From assembly GCA_947478395.1 (NCBI GenBank), contig CANJVR010000001.1, forward strand, positions 320,001 to 384,000: a stretch of 64,000 nucleotides of DNA. Direction: 5' to 3'. The translations under genes were made by a program, and so were the position numbers. The number at the start of each line of letters is the position of its first letter. The stretch's first letter is position 1. This document shows, piece by piece, positions 9,299 to 19,136 of this stretch. Below the pieces are notes generated by a model. That model had not been told where the DNA came from. It did no database searches and saw only the letters and a program-made list of their open reading frames with translations. This DNA is from Opitutia bacterium. Its GTDB lineage: Bacteria > Verrucomicrobiota > Verrucomicrobiia > Opitutales > Opitutaceae.

Positions 9299-11692
9299 TC
9301 AGAATTTGGTGGTGGCGCTGAAGCGGAAGCTGCGGAGGTCACCTTTGCTCTGCAGACCTTCCATGATCTTTTTGTTTTCCACATTGCGCACGGAGGCGTT
9401 GAACGACACCGGGCGGCCCAAGATTTTGGCGCGGTAACTCGCGCCAAGATCAACGCGGATGTAGCCCGGCATGTAATTCGTCACGAGCCCAGTGGTGCTG
9501 CTCACGCTGTCCGCGCGAAATCCGTCGACCCAGATCACGGCGTTGTTAATCGACAAGTCCTTCAGCGCACCGCTCTGGAAGGTATACTTGTGGAAGAAAC
9601 TGCCATTGGAACGCGGGCGGCCCGTGATCGGACCACCGTTGCGGATGGGGTTGTCCGGGGAAACGAGCCCCGTATCTATGTACGAAAAGTTGGCCGCGAT
9701 TTGGTAGCCGCGCACCGGCGCGAAGAGGACCTGGCCTTCGATCCCCCGTGATTTTTCCCCGTTGTCCTGGATGCTCCGCGCGCCGCTGGGCAGAAAGCCG
9801 AGCGCGGTGATGATTTCCGAATCGCTCAACTGACGGCGGGTGTTGGTCCGGTTGAGCTGAAACACGGCGGTCTCGAAACCGAGCTTACCGTCGAGGAAAG
9901 ACGTTTTCGCCCCGAACTCGAAGCTCTTGCCCGACTCTGGCTTGGTCAAAAGATTGCCGAAAACGTCGATGCCGGTCGGGACGCCCGAGAACGAACTGCT
10001 GGAGGACGCGTAGACGGAGAACGCCTTCCAGGGCCGAAAGAGCAGTCCAATCGTACCGGAGGTCGCATTTTCATACGGGAGCTGCTGGCGGACCGCGAGG
10101 GCGTTGGACGTTCCACTCAAGGCCGAGTTGGCGCCGTGGTCGCGACGAACGCCGCCCAGAAGATGCCAGTGGTCGTCGGCCGTGCTGATCACGTTGGTGA
10201 AGGAAGCAGCGCCACGCACCACGTTCTGCGCGACGTAGCTGTTTGGCGCGCTATAACGGGAAAGGTCGGTCATCTCCGCCCACGCCGGTTGAAACGCATT
10301 TGTCGGGAGCGGTCCCGACTGCGAAGTGGGGAATTTGTAGCGCGTGAGCGCAGTCGGGTTGGTCGAAGGCGCGGCGCCGAGCGCCGTGCTGCTGGAATTA
10401 GGCGTATCGTAGCGGTCACGCCAATTGCGCGATTCGATCCGCTCCAGTCCGAGGATCGCCTCATGCTTGAGCCCGAAGTACGTAAACTTCCCGCGGAGAT
10501 CCGCCGAATAACTCCAGATATCCCAAGTCTCATCATCTTTCGTCGCCGCCCAACGGATCTCATCGGGCACGACGTTGCCCTCAACGCTACCGAGCAAGGG
10601 ATTCACAAACCGGGCGATGATCGTCGAAGCACTGCCCGAAAGGCGCAGATCGCGGCGATCGCTTTTCGACCACGTGGTCGCGCCGCGAAACGAAACTATA
10701 TCGTTGAAACGGTGCTGCACGTCTCCGCCGACGCGGAACGTTTCCTGGGTGCGAAGATTATTGGGTCCGAAAGGATTGAAGTCCCACGGCACAATGCTCT
10801 CGGGCACGTAACCGAAAGCGTACGCGCCAGCCGCCGGCGAGGCCGTAGCGCTGGTCGCACTCGTCGTGGTCGGAATCCGGATGCCGGGGACGGCAATCGC
10901 GACGTTACCCTCGTACTTGATCGTCTCGGCGCGAGCGCTGACGATGGTGTCAGGGGTAAGGCGATACGACGCCGTGAGGTAGCCGACGCGGCGGGTGCTG
11001 CTCTCCCACGCGCGCCAGCTGTTGCCATCCTGGTAAGCCAGGACGGCGCGCAGCGCGAGTTTGGGCGTCACCGGCTGATTCACATCAACCTCGGCGCGAA
11101 AATATTCCCACGAGCCGGTGCTGACCTTTACACTCGTCTCCGCCTTTGTGCGCGGGCGCTTGCTGATCTCGTTGATCATACCGCCCGGCTCCACGACTCC
11201 CGACAGCAAGGAGCTCGGACCGCGCAACACTTCGATTCGATCGATGGAGGCATTGTCGTTGATCATGCCGACGAATCCTTCCTTCACGCCGTCCCGGTAG
11301 TGGCGGTTTTGCCGCATACCACGCACGGTAAAAGTATTGTTGTCGAAGACCGCGTCCTGTTTGCCCTGCGAAGTCACGCCGGTCATGAAAGCCGCGGCGT
11401 CGCTCATGGTGTCGGCGCCGATGTCGGCCAGAAACTCACTCGTCAGCACTTGAATCGAGCGCGGAAGATCTTGAATCGGGACATTCGTGCGTGTGCCTGA
11501 CATCGAGCTGGACGCCGCCCAGGAATTGTCGGTCGCCGCCGCGCCGACCGAAAATTCCGGCAACGCGACGACCTCGTCCGCGGGAATCGGACTCGGAGCA
11601 GGACGCGACGTTGGCGTCTGCGCCGCCACGATGTTAATTGAGGCGAGGAATCCGGCCAGGATCAGATTTCGGCGGGTGAATAGGGAGGTCAT
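9299..11692 (-). CDS. TonB-dependent receptor
   Basis: Plug motif 'IDRIEVLRGPSSLLSG...PGGMIN', TonB-box-like 'EVVALPEFSV', C-terminal Phe. Confidence 0.92.
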   Translation of the reverse strand: MTSLFTRRNLILAGFLASINIVAAQTPTSRPAPSPIPADEVVALPEFSVGAAATDNSWAASSSMSGTRTNVPIQDLPRSIQVLTSEFLADIGADTMSDAAAFMTGVTSQGKQDAVFDNNTFTVRGMRQNRHYRDGVKEGFVGMINDNASIDRIEVLRGPSSLLSGVVEPGGMINEISKRPRTKAETSVKVSTGSWEYFRAEVDVNQPVTPKLALRAVLAYQDGNSWRAWESSTRRVGYLTASYRLTPDTIVSARAETIKYEGNVAIAVPGIRIPTTTSATSATASPAAGAYAFGYVPESIVPWDFNPFGPNNLRTQETFRVGGDVQHRFNDIVSFRGATTWSKSDRRDLRLSGSASTIIARFVNPLLGSVEGNVVPDEIRWAATKDDETWDIWSYSADLRGKFTYFGLKHEAILGLERIESRNWRDRYDTPNSSSTALGAAPSTNPTALTRYKFPTSQSGPLPTNAFQPAWAEMTDLSRYSAPNSYVAQNVVRGAASFTNVISTADDHWHLLGGVRRDHGANSALSGTSNALAVRQQLPYENATSGTIGLLFRPWKAFSVYASSSSSFSGVPTGIDVFGNLLTKPESGKSFEFGAKTSFLDGKLGFETAVFQLNRTNTRRQLSDSEIITALGFLPSGARSIQDNGEKSRGIEGQVLFAPVRGYQIAANFSYIDTGLVSPDNPIRNGGPITGRPRSNGSFFHKYTFQSGALKDLSINNAVIWVDGFRADSVSSTTGLVTNYMPGYIRVDLGASYRAKILGRPVSFNASVRNVENKKIMEGLQSKGDLRSFRFSATTKF

Positions 11693-11758
11693 GCTAGTTG
11701 GGGAATGGTGGAACGCGCGCGACGAATCGTGAGGTCCGAATCTGATCGCTGTGGGGAG

Positions 11759-11787
11759 TAATGACCGTGACGGGGCTGACGTTAGCA
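11759..11787 (-). promoter_or_regulatory. Putative ECF-sigma promoter of the TonB receptor operon (TGCTAACG-N13-GGTCATTA)
   Basis: Same motif and identical spacing found upstream of the ECF gene at 14110-14138. Confidence 0.75.
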
Positions 11788-11857
11788 GCGAATCGTAACA
11801 ATTCCGCCGGCGTCACCCCTTGGGGATTGGCGCCACAAGCGGGCCCCGCCAGCCCGA

Positions 11858-13546
11858 TTAAGGCGCGACCGCCAGTTTGGATGAATCGACGCGACCCTGG
11901 AGAAACAGCTGGTAAATTTCCTCGGCGGTGAGCGCGCGGGAGAACAACGCGAATTCATCGATCTTGCCGATGAAACTGCGATCCAGGTAACCGCCGCCAG
12001 CGAGACGCCGGCCGCGCTCGGTTTCGGGCGCTATGCCCCAATTGCCCAGTTCGACGCTGCCGAGTTGCCCAGGAACCAATTCTCTAAATTTTCCCGAGCC
12101 CACGCTTTTGCCGTCGACGTAGTGCTCGACTAAGCCGGTACGGAAATCCACCACCGACACGAGGTGCACCCAGAGTCCCAAACGCTCCAGCGGAATCGCA
12201 ACTCCCGAAATTACGCGTTGCGTGCTGGCTGGATCAGCCAGGCCATGATCGTCGATCAACAGTTGCGTCAGCGCGAGCTGTCCTTGCTGCGTCAACTGCC
12301 AGCGGAGCACGCCGCGACGATAACTATCCGAAACTAAAAGCGCGTTGTAGCGATGCGACAAACTGTCGGCCCGCACCCAGGCCGAAAACGTCGACGCCGT
12401 CATCTCCCCCGGGACCATCAACCGCACGCGATCGCCAACGCCCTTGAATTCAAGCGCGCCCTTCCCCGGCCACCGGCCCTCGCTCCATTGACAGCCGATG
12501 AGCGTGCCAACTTCCGAGCCCGCGGGGCGAGGCGCACGGTTTTGCACCACCCGCTCGTCTGCGGCCTGGCCTTCGAAATCAAAACGCACGAGCAAAGAAG
12601 GGTCGCGATTCAGACTGCTCTCAACTCCGCGCCATTCGGCCAGGCGTAAACGGGTTTCGCTTTGCTGTCGGAGAGCGAGTTCGGCCGCAGTCGCGTAGTG
12701 CGCCGCCGGCGCCGTCACGGCTCGCACCGTGCCCGCGGCATCGATGCTGACGCCCTGCCCTTCTAGCACTTCGCGGCGCTCCGTCGGCCTTGCGGTGAGC
12801 GTCAGACGAGCCACTCCTTTGTTTACAAACACCTCGCCTTCTCCCCCGGGTGCAACCTGCAGGCCGAACGAACCGCGCAAATCGACGAGCGCAAATTTAG
12901 GCGAACCCACGCCGAAGCCTCGCGCCGGTTCCGGTACCGCCGCGCTGATGCGGCCCAACTGGCAATAGGCTTCGTTTTCCGAGCGAATTTCAATTTCCGC
13001 CGGCCCTTCGACAATCACACTGGCCCCGTTGAAGAATTCGAGTTGCACCCATCCGGCCTTGAACCGCAACCAGCCCGGCTCCAGCACCGCGCCCGCCGCG
13101 GGAGCCGACGCCGCATCGTTCCATCGCACGCCGGCCAACCGCGCGACGGTGGCCACGCCGCGCGTGCGCGGTTCGAGTTCCGCGACGTCCACCGCCGTGG
13201 GCCGCAGCGGAGTGACACCCCGTTGACGAAAAGAAACGGACCATAGCGCTACGGCGATCAACGCGGCGGTCGCGAGACTTACCCACGCCCAACTCGGCCG
13301 GACCGACCAACGGCGTCGCCGCCCCGGTCCGGCCCGGCCTTGCCCCATGCTATCGGATTGCGCGAGGCCCAGCCATTCGAGTTGCGCGGCGCGTTGGAGC
13401 AACCCGTGCATCGAGGCATGGCGCCAGAAAAAGCGCCGCGCCTCAGCGGAACTCGTAAGCAGCAGGCTCAGCTCCGCCGCTTCGGCTGGCGTGAGGCGAT
13501 CCTCGAGATGGGCGTCGACCAGTTTTTGCAGGTGCGTTTCGTTCAC
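11858..13546 (-). CDS. FecR-like anti-sigma factor with C-terminal LamG/concanavalin A-like domain
   Basis: N-terminal anti-sigma helices, one TM helix, FecR-like 'GASVIVEGPA', LamG 'FIGKIDEFALFSRALTAEEI'; GTG start with AAGGAGG RBS overlapping the ECF stop. Confidence 0.85.
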   Translation of the reverse strand: MNETHLQKLVDAHLEDRLTPAEAAELSLLLTSSAEARRFFWRHASMHGLLQRAAQLEWLGLAQSDSMGQGRAGPGRRRRWSVRPSWAWVSLATAALIAVALWSVSFRQRGVTPLRPTAVDVAELEPRTRGVATVARLAGVRWNDAASAPAAGAVLEPGWLRFKAGWVQLEFFNGASVIVEGPAEIEIRSENEAYCQLGRISAAVPEPARGFGVGSPKFALVDLRGSFGLQVAPGGEGEVFVNKGVARLTLTARPTERREVLEGQGVSIDAAGTVRAVTAPAAHYATAAELALRQQSETRLRLAEWRGVESSLNRDPSLLVRFDFEGQAADERVVQNRAPRPAGSEVGTLIGCQWSEGRWPGKGALEFKGVGDRVRLMVPGEMTASTFSAWVRADSLSHRYNALLVSDSYRRGVLRWQLTQQGQLALTQLLIDDHGLADPASTQRVISGVAIPLERLGLWVHLVSVVDFRTGLVEHYVDGKSVGSGKFRELVPGQLGSVELGNWGIAPETERGRRLAGGGYLDRSFIGKIDEFALFSRALTAEEIYQLFLQGRVDSSKLAVAP

Positions 13547-14097
13547 GACACGACCTCCTTTAATTTTGATTCCACGCACGCGCGCAAAACGCCGCGCGCC
13601 CGCGTGAGAGCCACCCGAACGGCGCCAGGCGTCCACGCCACGTGTTTCGCGATTTCCTCCGGCTCACGCGCTCCTTGATAGCGCAGCCAAATCATCTCTC
13701 TCGCGCGCGGCGCGAGGCGGTGCAGACAGTCGCGCAGGGCGCCGAGCCGGGTGTCGAAAAAGTCTTCTTTGGGTAACTCGGCGCACAAACTTTCAATCGC
13801 CTCATCGGAGATTCGCGCGGCCTGTTGATTCTGACGCCGCCGGAACTCCAGCACCTTGAACCGCGCGATCGTACACGCCCACGCCAGAAAATTGGTCCCG
13901 ATTGAGAACGTGTCAGCCTTCTGCGAAATCACGAGAAACGTCTCCTGCAAAATATCTTCAGCCTCCGTGAACCCGGGTTGCAGCGAAAGGATGAACGCGA
14001 GCAGATTGCCCTGATTGGTCACGAACAGTTGCTGCACACGCAAAACGTGGCTCACAGATTTTTTGTCCGGCGTGGAGTTGCGGTCTTCGATGTTCAT
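13543..14097 (-). CDS. ECF RNA polymerase sigma factor (Rhodopirellula/Verrucomicrobium type)
   Basis: 'AEDILQETF', 'FLAWACTIARFKVL' region 2; 'VRVALTRARGVLRACV' region 4. Confidence 0.92.
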   Translation of the reverse strand: MNIEDRNSTPDKKSVSHVLRVQQLFVTNQGNLLAFILSLQPGFTEAEDILQETFLVISQKADTFSIGTNFLAWACTIARFKVLEFRRRQNQQAARISDEAIESLCAELPKEDFFDTRLGALRDCLHRLAPRAREMIWLRYQGAREPEEIAKHVAWTPGAVRVALTRARGVLRACVESKLKEVVS

Positions 14098-14109
14098 GAG
14101 CCCTCCGCA

Positions 14110-14138
14110 TAATGACGGAAAAATTCCCGGCGTTAGCA
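14110..14138 (-). promoter_or_regulatory. Putative autoregulatory ECF promoter (TGCTAACG-N13-CGTCATTA)
   Basis: Matches 11759-11787; lies just upstream of the GGAGG RBS and ATG of the sigma gene. Confidence 0.75.
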
Positions 14139-14343
14139 AAGTTCTTAGAGCGCAGAGCCCGTGACGGAAAAGGCGCCAGTCCCGCCGACCGATCGAGCAC
14201 GTTCCGATCGGGTTCTGCCAACTTTTGCCGGTGAGATTCGTTCCGGTCCATCGACTCGGCCATTCATCCCCCTCGGCGGTTCCCGGCCAAAGCGTCCGCG
14301 TCCCGCCGTTGTACGATCCCCGGTAAAAATCTTCCGGGTCGCC

Positions 14344-15231
14344 TCATTGCCTGAGGGCGGTCTTCGCCGCGTTGAAATCGGGGTTCAGGAGCTTGGCCGC
14401 GGCATAGGAATCCGCGGCTTCTGCCGCCCGGCCTTGCTTTGCGAGGATATCGCCCATGCGGGATCGCACGTTCGCCTGGGTCGGATATCCGTCGCCACCC
14501 GGCGGGGTGAGTTTCAAACAGCGACGCAAGGCGCTTAGCCCGGCATCGAGACGCTCGCCACTCACCGCGGCGCACCGGCCGACGTGATAGTTCGCGAGGA
14601 AATCATCCGGATTTATCCGCAAGACAGATTCGAAGAGAGCAAACGCCGCATCGTAGTTCCGCTCGGCCAAATGAATCGTCGCGAATGCGATTCGTCCATT
14701 GGCCGGATCTAATTTCTCGATCTCAGCCGCCTGCGCGTAAGCGGAGTCACGACTGCCGCCGGCGATGCGCGGCGCGATGAGATAAAATCCGAGCAGACTC
14801 CACCGATGGGCGGGATTGCGCGGCGCGAGTTCAACGGCGCGTTCGTACGCGGTCCGGCATTTGCGCGCCCAGCCAAGTTTAGCCAGAAGGGGCGCCTTCT
14901 GTGCTGCGAGGCCATACGCGTCACCGAGCGCATTGAATACGCGCGCATCGCCGGGGGTGCGCGCCGCGAGTTTTTCCAACCGCGAGAGCGCCTCGTCGCA
15001 ATCATCGAACCACAACGCGAGCCGGCCGAGGTGAAATTCAATGTCCGGATCTCCGGCTGCATCGCGAGCCAGCGAAGCGAAAGCCGCGCGCGCCGCGGAA
15101 TAGTTGCACGCTTCGTAAAGCGCGAACGCCTGCTCAAGCCCAACGCGCGGAACCGCCCGTGCCGGACCTGCGACCACCAATAATAGCAGACACCAACCGA
15201 CCTTGCTCGCACGCCCGCGCATCATCGCCAT
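14344..15231 (-). CDS. Secreted tetratricopeptide repeat protein
   Basis: Signal peptide and multiple TPR-like helical repeats (e.g. 'VFNALGDAY', 'ANYHVGRCA'). Confidence 0.75.
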   Translation of the reverse strand: MAMMRGRASKVGWCLLLLVVAGPARAVPRVGLEQAFALYEACNYSAARAAFASLARDAAGDPDIEFHLGRLALWFDDCDEALSRLEKLAARTPGDARVFNALGDAYGLAAQKAPLLAKLGWARKCRTAYERAVELAPRNPAHRWSLLGFYLIAPRIAGGSRDSAYAQAAEIEKLDPANGRIAFATIHLAERNYDAAFALFESVLRINPDDFLANYHVGRCAAVSGERLDAGLSALRRCLKLTPPGGDGYPTQANVRSRMGDILAKQGRAAEAADSYAAAKLLNPDFNAAKTALRQ

Positions 15232-15494
15232 TTTTTCCCGCCGTCTCCCGAGCCCAAGGGGGAAGAGGTTGGGGGGTGAAGGTCCGAAGCGATCAAACAC
15301 GGCGTAATATTCTAAGTTACATCGGTGACAAACCGCAGACGGCCAGGTGACAAACACGCCACAATCGGGACCCGACGAGCCGAAGGCTCGGAGGGGGATC
15401 AGGTCGGACCTATTTCCCTCAATCGTTGGATTTCTCACCCCACGCGTCGAACCTCGCCTTGCCACCGAGCCGCCGGCTGCCGGATGGTGGGACG

Positions 15495-16052
15495 GTGAAT
15501 CCAAGCGAAAAACTCTGCCTCGCGTGCGGCCTGTGCTGCGACGGCACCCTCTTCGACCTCGTGAAGCTCGAAGGAGGCGACGATGCCGCGAAACTGAAAG
15601 CGCTCGGACTGCCCGTCACGGTTTCGCGAGGCAAGACGCCGATCGCCCGTTTTCCCCAACCGTGCTCCGCCTTGTGCGAGGATCGCACGTGCCGGGTCTA
15701 TGCAGATCGTCCCTGGCAATGCCGGGTCTTCGAATGCGGTGTGCTTAAAAACGCAAAAGCGGGCCGCGTGACCTTTGCGGCCGCGTTGCGGCTGGTGCAA
15801 AAGAGCCGGCGGCTAGCGGACAAAGTGCGCCGGCTCCTCCGTGAGCTGGGCGACACTGAGGAACACCGCGCCTTGGGCGAACGTTTCCACCGCATGTCAG
15901 ATCGCCTGGAATTCGGGAAGACTGACGCCGACGCTAACGCCAAGTTCGCCGACCTGAGCCTGGCGATGCACCACCTCAAATTACAGGCGCTCAATAAATT
16001 TTATACCAAGACCGAAGTAAAAGAGTCCGCCTCAGCGGGCCGTGCAGACTGA
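15495..16052 (+). CDS. YkgJ family cysteine-cluster (CxxCxxCC) protein
   Basis: 'CLACGLCCDG', 'CRVYADRPWQCRVFEC'. Confidence 0.85.
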   Translation: MNPSEKLCLACGLCCDGTLFDLVKLEGGDDAAKLKALGLPVTVSRGKTPIARFPQPCSALCEDRTCRVYADRPWQCRVFECGVLKNAKAGRVTFAAALRLVQKSRRLADKVRRLLRELGDTEEHRALGERFHRMSDRLEFGKTDADANAKFADLSLAMHHLKLQALNKFYTKTEVKESASAGRAD

Positions 16053-16091
16053 CTGAGTCCCGGGGACGCCAATGCACCAAAAGCGTAGCCG

Positions 16092-16219
16092 CTAAAAGCG
16101 CAGCGCACTAACGACGTAGCGGCAGGCGTCCCTGCCTGCCGAAATAAGGACGCGAACCTGGCAGGCCGAGACACCTGCCGCTTCCCAAAACGGCCAGGGA
16201 AAAACTCAAACAGCCCTAG
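16092..16219 (+). repeat. Miniature element copy C
   Basis: ACGACGTAGCGGCAGGCGTCCCTGCCTGCCG...CCTGCCGCTTC...ACGGCCAGGGAAAAACTCAAACAGCCCTAG. Confidence 0.8.
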
Positions 16220-16962
16220 ATCGCGCCGGCTTCGACGAAGAAATTTTGAGCGGTGCACATGGCCGCGTCGTCCGAGGCCAAGAACAACGCCATGCGGGCG
16301 ATGTACACCGGCTCGATCGGATCGGGCAGACACTGCGCGGCGAGTTGCGCGGCCAGTTTTTCCGGCGTCAACCAGAGCGTTTTCTGCCGCTCGGTCATAG
16401 TCCAACCCGGCACGAGGGTATTGACGCGAATCCGGTGCGGGCCGAGGTCGCGCGCGAAGGAGCGCGTCATGCCGTGCACCGCCGCCTTCGCGGTCGCGTA
16501 AGCAGGAAAGCCGCCGGAAGCGCGCCACCAGGAATCCGAGCCGAGATTGATGATGGCGCCGCCGCCGGCCTCGATCATCGCCGGCGCGACGGCCTGGATG
16601 GCGAAGAACATGTGGCGGATATTGGCGGCGAGGCGCTCGTCGAAATACTCGGGCGTGACCTCGCGCCAATCGTGGCGATCGTCACGCGCGGCATTGTTGA
16701 CGAGCACCGCAGCGGGTCCGATTTTCGCGGCGAGTGCGGCGAAGGCACGTTTCAACGCGACGATATCGCGCAGATCGCACGCTTCAAAGGCCGCGCCAAT
16801 TTCCTGCGCCAGCGCCGCCCCGCGCGCGACGTCGAGATCGATGAAGCCGACGCGCGCGCCCTGCCCCGCGAAGGCGCGGACGATCTCCGCCCCGATGCCG
16901 GAAGCGCCGCCGGTGACCACGATGACTTTGCCTTCGAGGCTGGGATATTTTGCGAACGCCAT
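16216..16962 (-). CDS. SDR oxidoreductase, D-xylose 1-dehydrogenase-like
   Basis: TGGASGIG, NNAARDDRH, YxxxK (YATAK); N-terminus 'KYPSLEGK' resembles Caulobacter-type XylB. Confidence 0.8.
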   Translation of the reverse strand: MAFAKYPSLEGKVIVVTGGASGIGAEIVRAFAGQGARVGFIDLDVARGAALAQEIGAAFEACDLRDIVALKRAFAALAAKIGPAAVLVNNAARDDRHDWREVTPEYFDERLAANIRHMFFAIQAVAPAMIEAGGGAIINLGSDSWWRASGGFPAYATAKAAVHGMTRSFARDLGPHRIRVNTLVPGWTMTERQKTLWLTPEKLAAQLAAQCLPDPIEPVYIARMALFLASDDAAMCTAQNFFVEAGAI

Positions 16963-16991
16963 TGGAATGGGAAATAATTGACCGGCGTTTG

Positions 16992-19136
16992 TCAGTTGGC
17001 CGGACCTTGGAGTTTCCAAGTCTCGTCAAAGAATCCGACTGGGCCGACAGCGGCGGTCGGGAGATTGATGTCGCCCGGCTTGGTAATGTCCACCACCGCC
17101 CAATCGGGCAGCTTCGGGTTCATCTTATCGTTGTTGTCGAGGTCGTGGAAGGTGAAGCCAGTGTTCAGCACGACATATTTTTTCGGGTTTAGCGGATTCG
17201 GGAAAACCATTAACGGCACGGAGGAATCCGCCGGGTAGATCTTGTCGCCGACGGTGACGCTGGTCGCGGTCCACTTGATCGGGAGCCGCGCGGCGATGCG
17301 TTTCAGGATCGCGTTGCTCGACGGATCGCCGAAGAGCACGAGGTTGTGCGCGGCGATGTCGGCGTCGTTGATCTCGCTGTCCTTTTTCACGCGGGCTTCG
17401 CCGCGGAAGGACTCGCGCCAATCGTGGATCGCGCGGTCGGCCTCGCCCGCGGTCCACTTGCCCACCGCGGCGTTAAACGCGGTGCCGGTCGGGCGCACGA
17501 TCATGAAGGAGTCCATGAACGCGTCGTCGATCGGGCCTTGCAGGCCGGGAGTCTTGTGCAGTCCGCTCGTGGGCCGCGTGCCGAGGCGCCATTTGCCGTC
17601 GGTTTTCACGAGGGAGGCGGCGAGGGATTTGTTGGCGCCGACGGCGGGAAGCGTGAGAGCCGTGCCGTCAACCGTGAGGTTCGGTTTCGTGCCAACGGCG
17701 AACGGGGCGAGGCCCGCGGCCCAGTCGAGACGCAAGGCGGAGACGTTCGCGGTGGTGAGCGTGATAGCGTTGCCCTCGACCTTCGCGTTGGCGCGAGCGC
17801 GGTCCCACTGTTTCTCCAGACCTTCGAGCGTGACCCAATAGCTTTTGTTGTAGCGCAGCATCCACGTCGTGAAACGGATTTCACGCGGGGACGGATCGCG
17901 ACCCTTCGACGCCAACTCGTCGAGACGCGCCATGATCTTCAGACGGGCGCCGGGTTCATAGGTGTGGCCGACATTCGGGCCGTCCACGCGCTCCAGCTCG
18001 AGCCCCTCCGCCGCCATGGCCGTCTTCATGGCTTCGGAAGCCTGTCGCTGGCCGTCCTGCGTCCCCGCATACGCGATCATCGGCTGGTTGAAGAGATTGA
18101 TGGCGTAGTCCACCGAGTCGTACAGGTGCCAGAGCGTTTGCTGGTAGGCGGAGGGCATCGGATTGCGGCCGCGGCCCAAGCCGAGAAACACCGTCGTCTC
18201 ACTGAAGCCCGCGCCGGCCGAGGAGGCAGCCCACCGGTCAGGATAGTGCGTCGCAAACAGCCAAGCCGACGCTCCGCCCATCGAGAAACCGGTCATCACG
18301 ATCCGATTCTCGTCGATCGCGTACGAATTTTTCACGGACGCGATCGCCTCGAGCGTGTCGGTTTCACCGGCGAAGCGGGTCGCGTTGCACCAGCGGCCAA
18401 ACGGCTGAAGGATAAAACGCGTCGCGTCGGGCGCAAAGGGGCGCTGGGTGAAACCGGGCGCGGTCGTAAAATTCCCGTTGAGGAACGGCAGCTCCGTCGC
18501 GGCCTGGCCGCGGCCGTGCTCAAAAATATCGAGGCGGTATTGCTGGCCGGGAGTGGCGGCGTAATCGGTGGGCAAAGTCAGTTGGTACGGCTGCGCCGAG
18601 CCATCGATCTTTGAGAAGTAACCGCGCATGCTGGACGCGGTCATCCACGGAGTTTCGCCCTTGGCCAGCTCCGTGGCGCGTTGGCTTCCCGCGCTCAACG
18701 CGGTGCGGGCCTGCGCGACGTTCACGTCGGCAAAGGGGGCAGCGGTGCCGCGCGTGATCGCGTAAGGATTGGGGGTGCCGGCATCTTCCATCGCGAATTT
18801 CACGGCGTTGAAAAAGATCTCCACGTCGGCGATGCGGTCATAGTTTTTCTGGCCGGCGTATTGCTTTTTGAGGGCGGCGATCTGGGCGCCGAGGTCGGCC
18901 AGATTTTTCGTCAGCTCAGCGCGGATCTCATCGGTCATCGGGATGGCCGGACCGCGTCCTCCCCCGCCCGCCCGGGCAGCGGGCGACGCGGGGTTTGCGG
19001 GCGCGGCGGCCGCCGGGCTGGCGTCAGGGCCGGTCGCGGTGGAAGCAGGTTGCGCGGCGGCGCGCAGCGCGCCGAGCAGCAGTAGCGCGGCGCAGGCACG
19101 GAACGGCGCATGAGGCAGGCGGAAGGGGTTCATCAT
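16992..19136 (-). CDS. Secreted alpha/beta hydrolase (prolyl oligopeptidase/esterase-like)
   Basis: Signal peptide, low-complexity linker, HGRG, GFSMGG, 'GTQDG', 'GHTY'. Confidence 0.7.
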   Translation of the reverse strand: MMNPFRLPHAPFRACAALLLLGALRAAAQPASTATGPDASPAAAAPANPASPAARAGGGGRGPAIPMTDEIRAELTKNLADLGAQIAALKKQYAGQKNYDRIADVEIFFNAVKFAMEDAGTPNPYAITRGTAAPFADVNVAQARTALSAGSQRATELAKGETPWMTASSMRGYFSKIDGSAQPYQLTLPTDYAATPGQQYRLDIFEHGRGQAATELPFLNGNFTTAPGFTQRPFAPDATRFILQPFGRWCNATRFAGETDTLEAIASVKNSYAIDENRIVMTGFSMGGASAWLFATHYPDRWAASSAGAGFSETTVFLGLGRGRNPMPSAYQQTLWHLYDSVDYAINLFNQPMIAYAGTQDGQRQASEAMKTAMAAEGLELERVDGPNVGHTYEPGARLKIMARLDELASKGRDPSPREIRFTTWMLRYNKSYWVTLEGLEKQWDRARANAKVEGNAITLTTANVSALRLDWAAGLAPFAVGTKPNLTVDGTALTLPAVGANKSLAASLVKTDGKWRLGTRPTSGLHKTPGLQGPIDDAFMDSFMIVRPTGTAFNAAVGKWTAGEADRAIHDWRESFRGEARVKKDSEINDADIAAHNLVLFGDPSSNAILKRIAARLPIKWTATSVTVGDKIYPADSSVPLMVFPNPLNPKKYVVLNTGFTFHDLDNNDKMNPKLPDWAVVDITKPGDINLPTAAVGPVGFFDETWKLQGPAN

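Noticed and set aside
7619..9751. 710-aa plus-strand ORF and many other long antisense ORFs (e.g. 4848-6374, 10136-11500, 30221-31513)
   Set aside because: Shadow frames opposite well-supported genes in GC-rich DNA; no recognisable motifs
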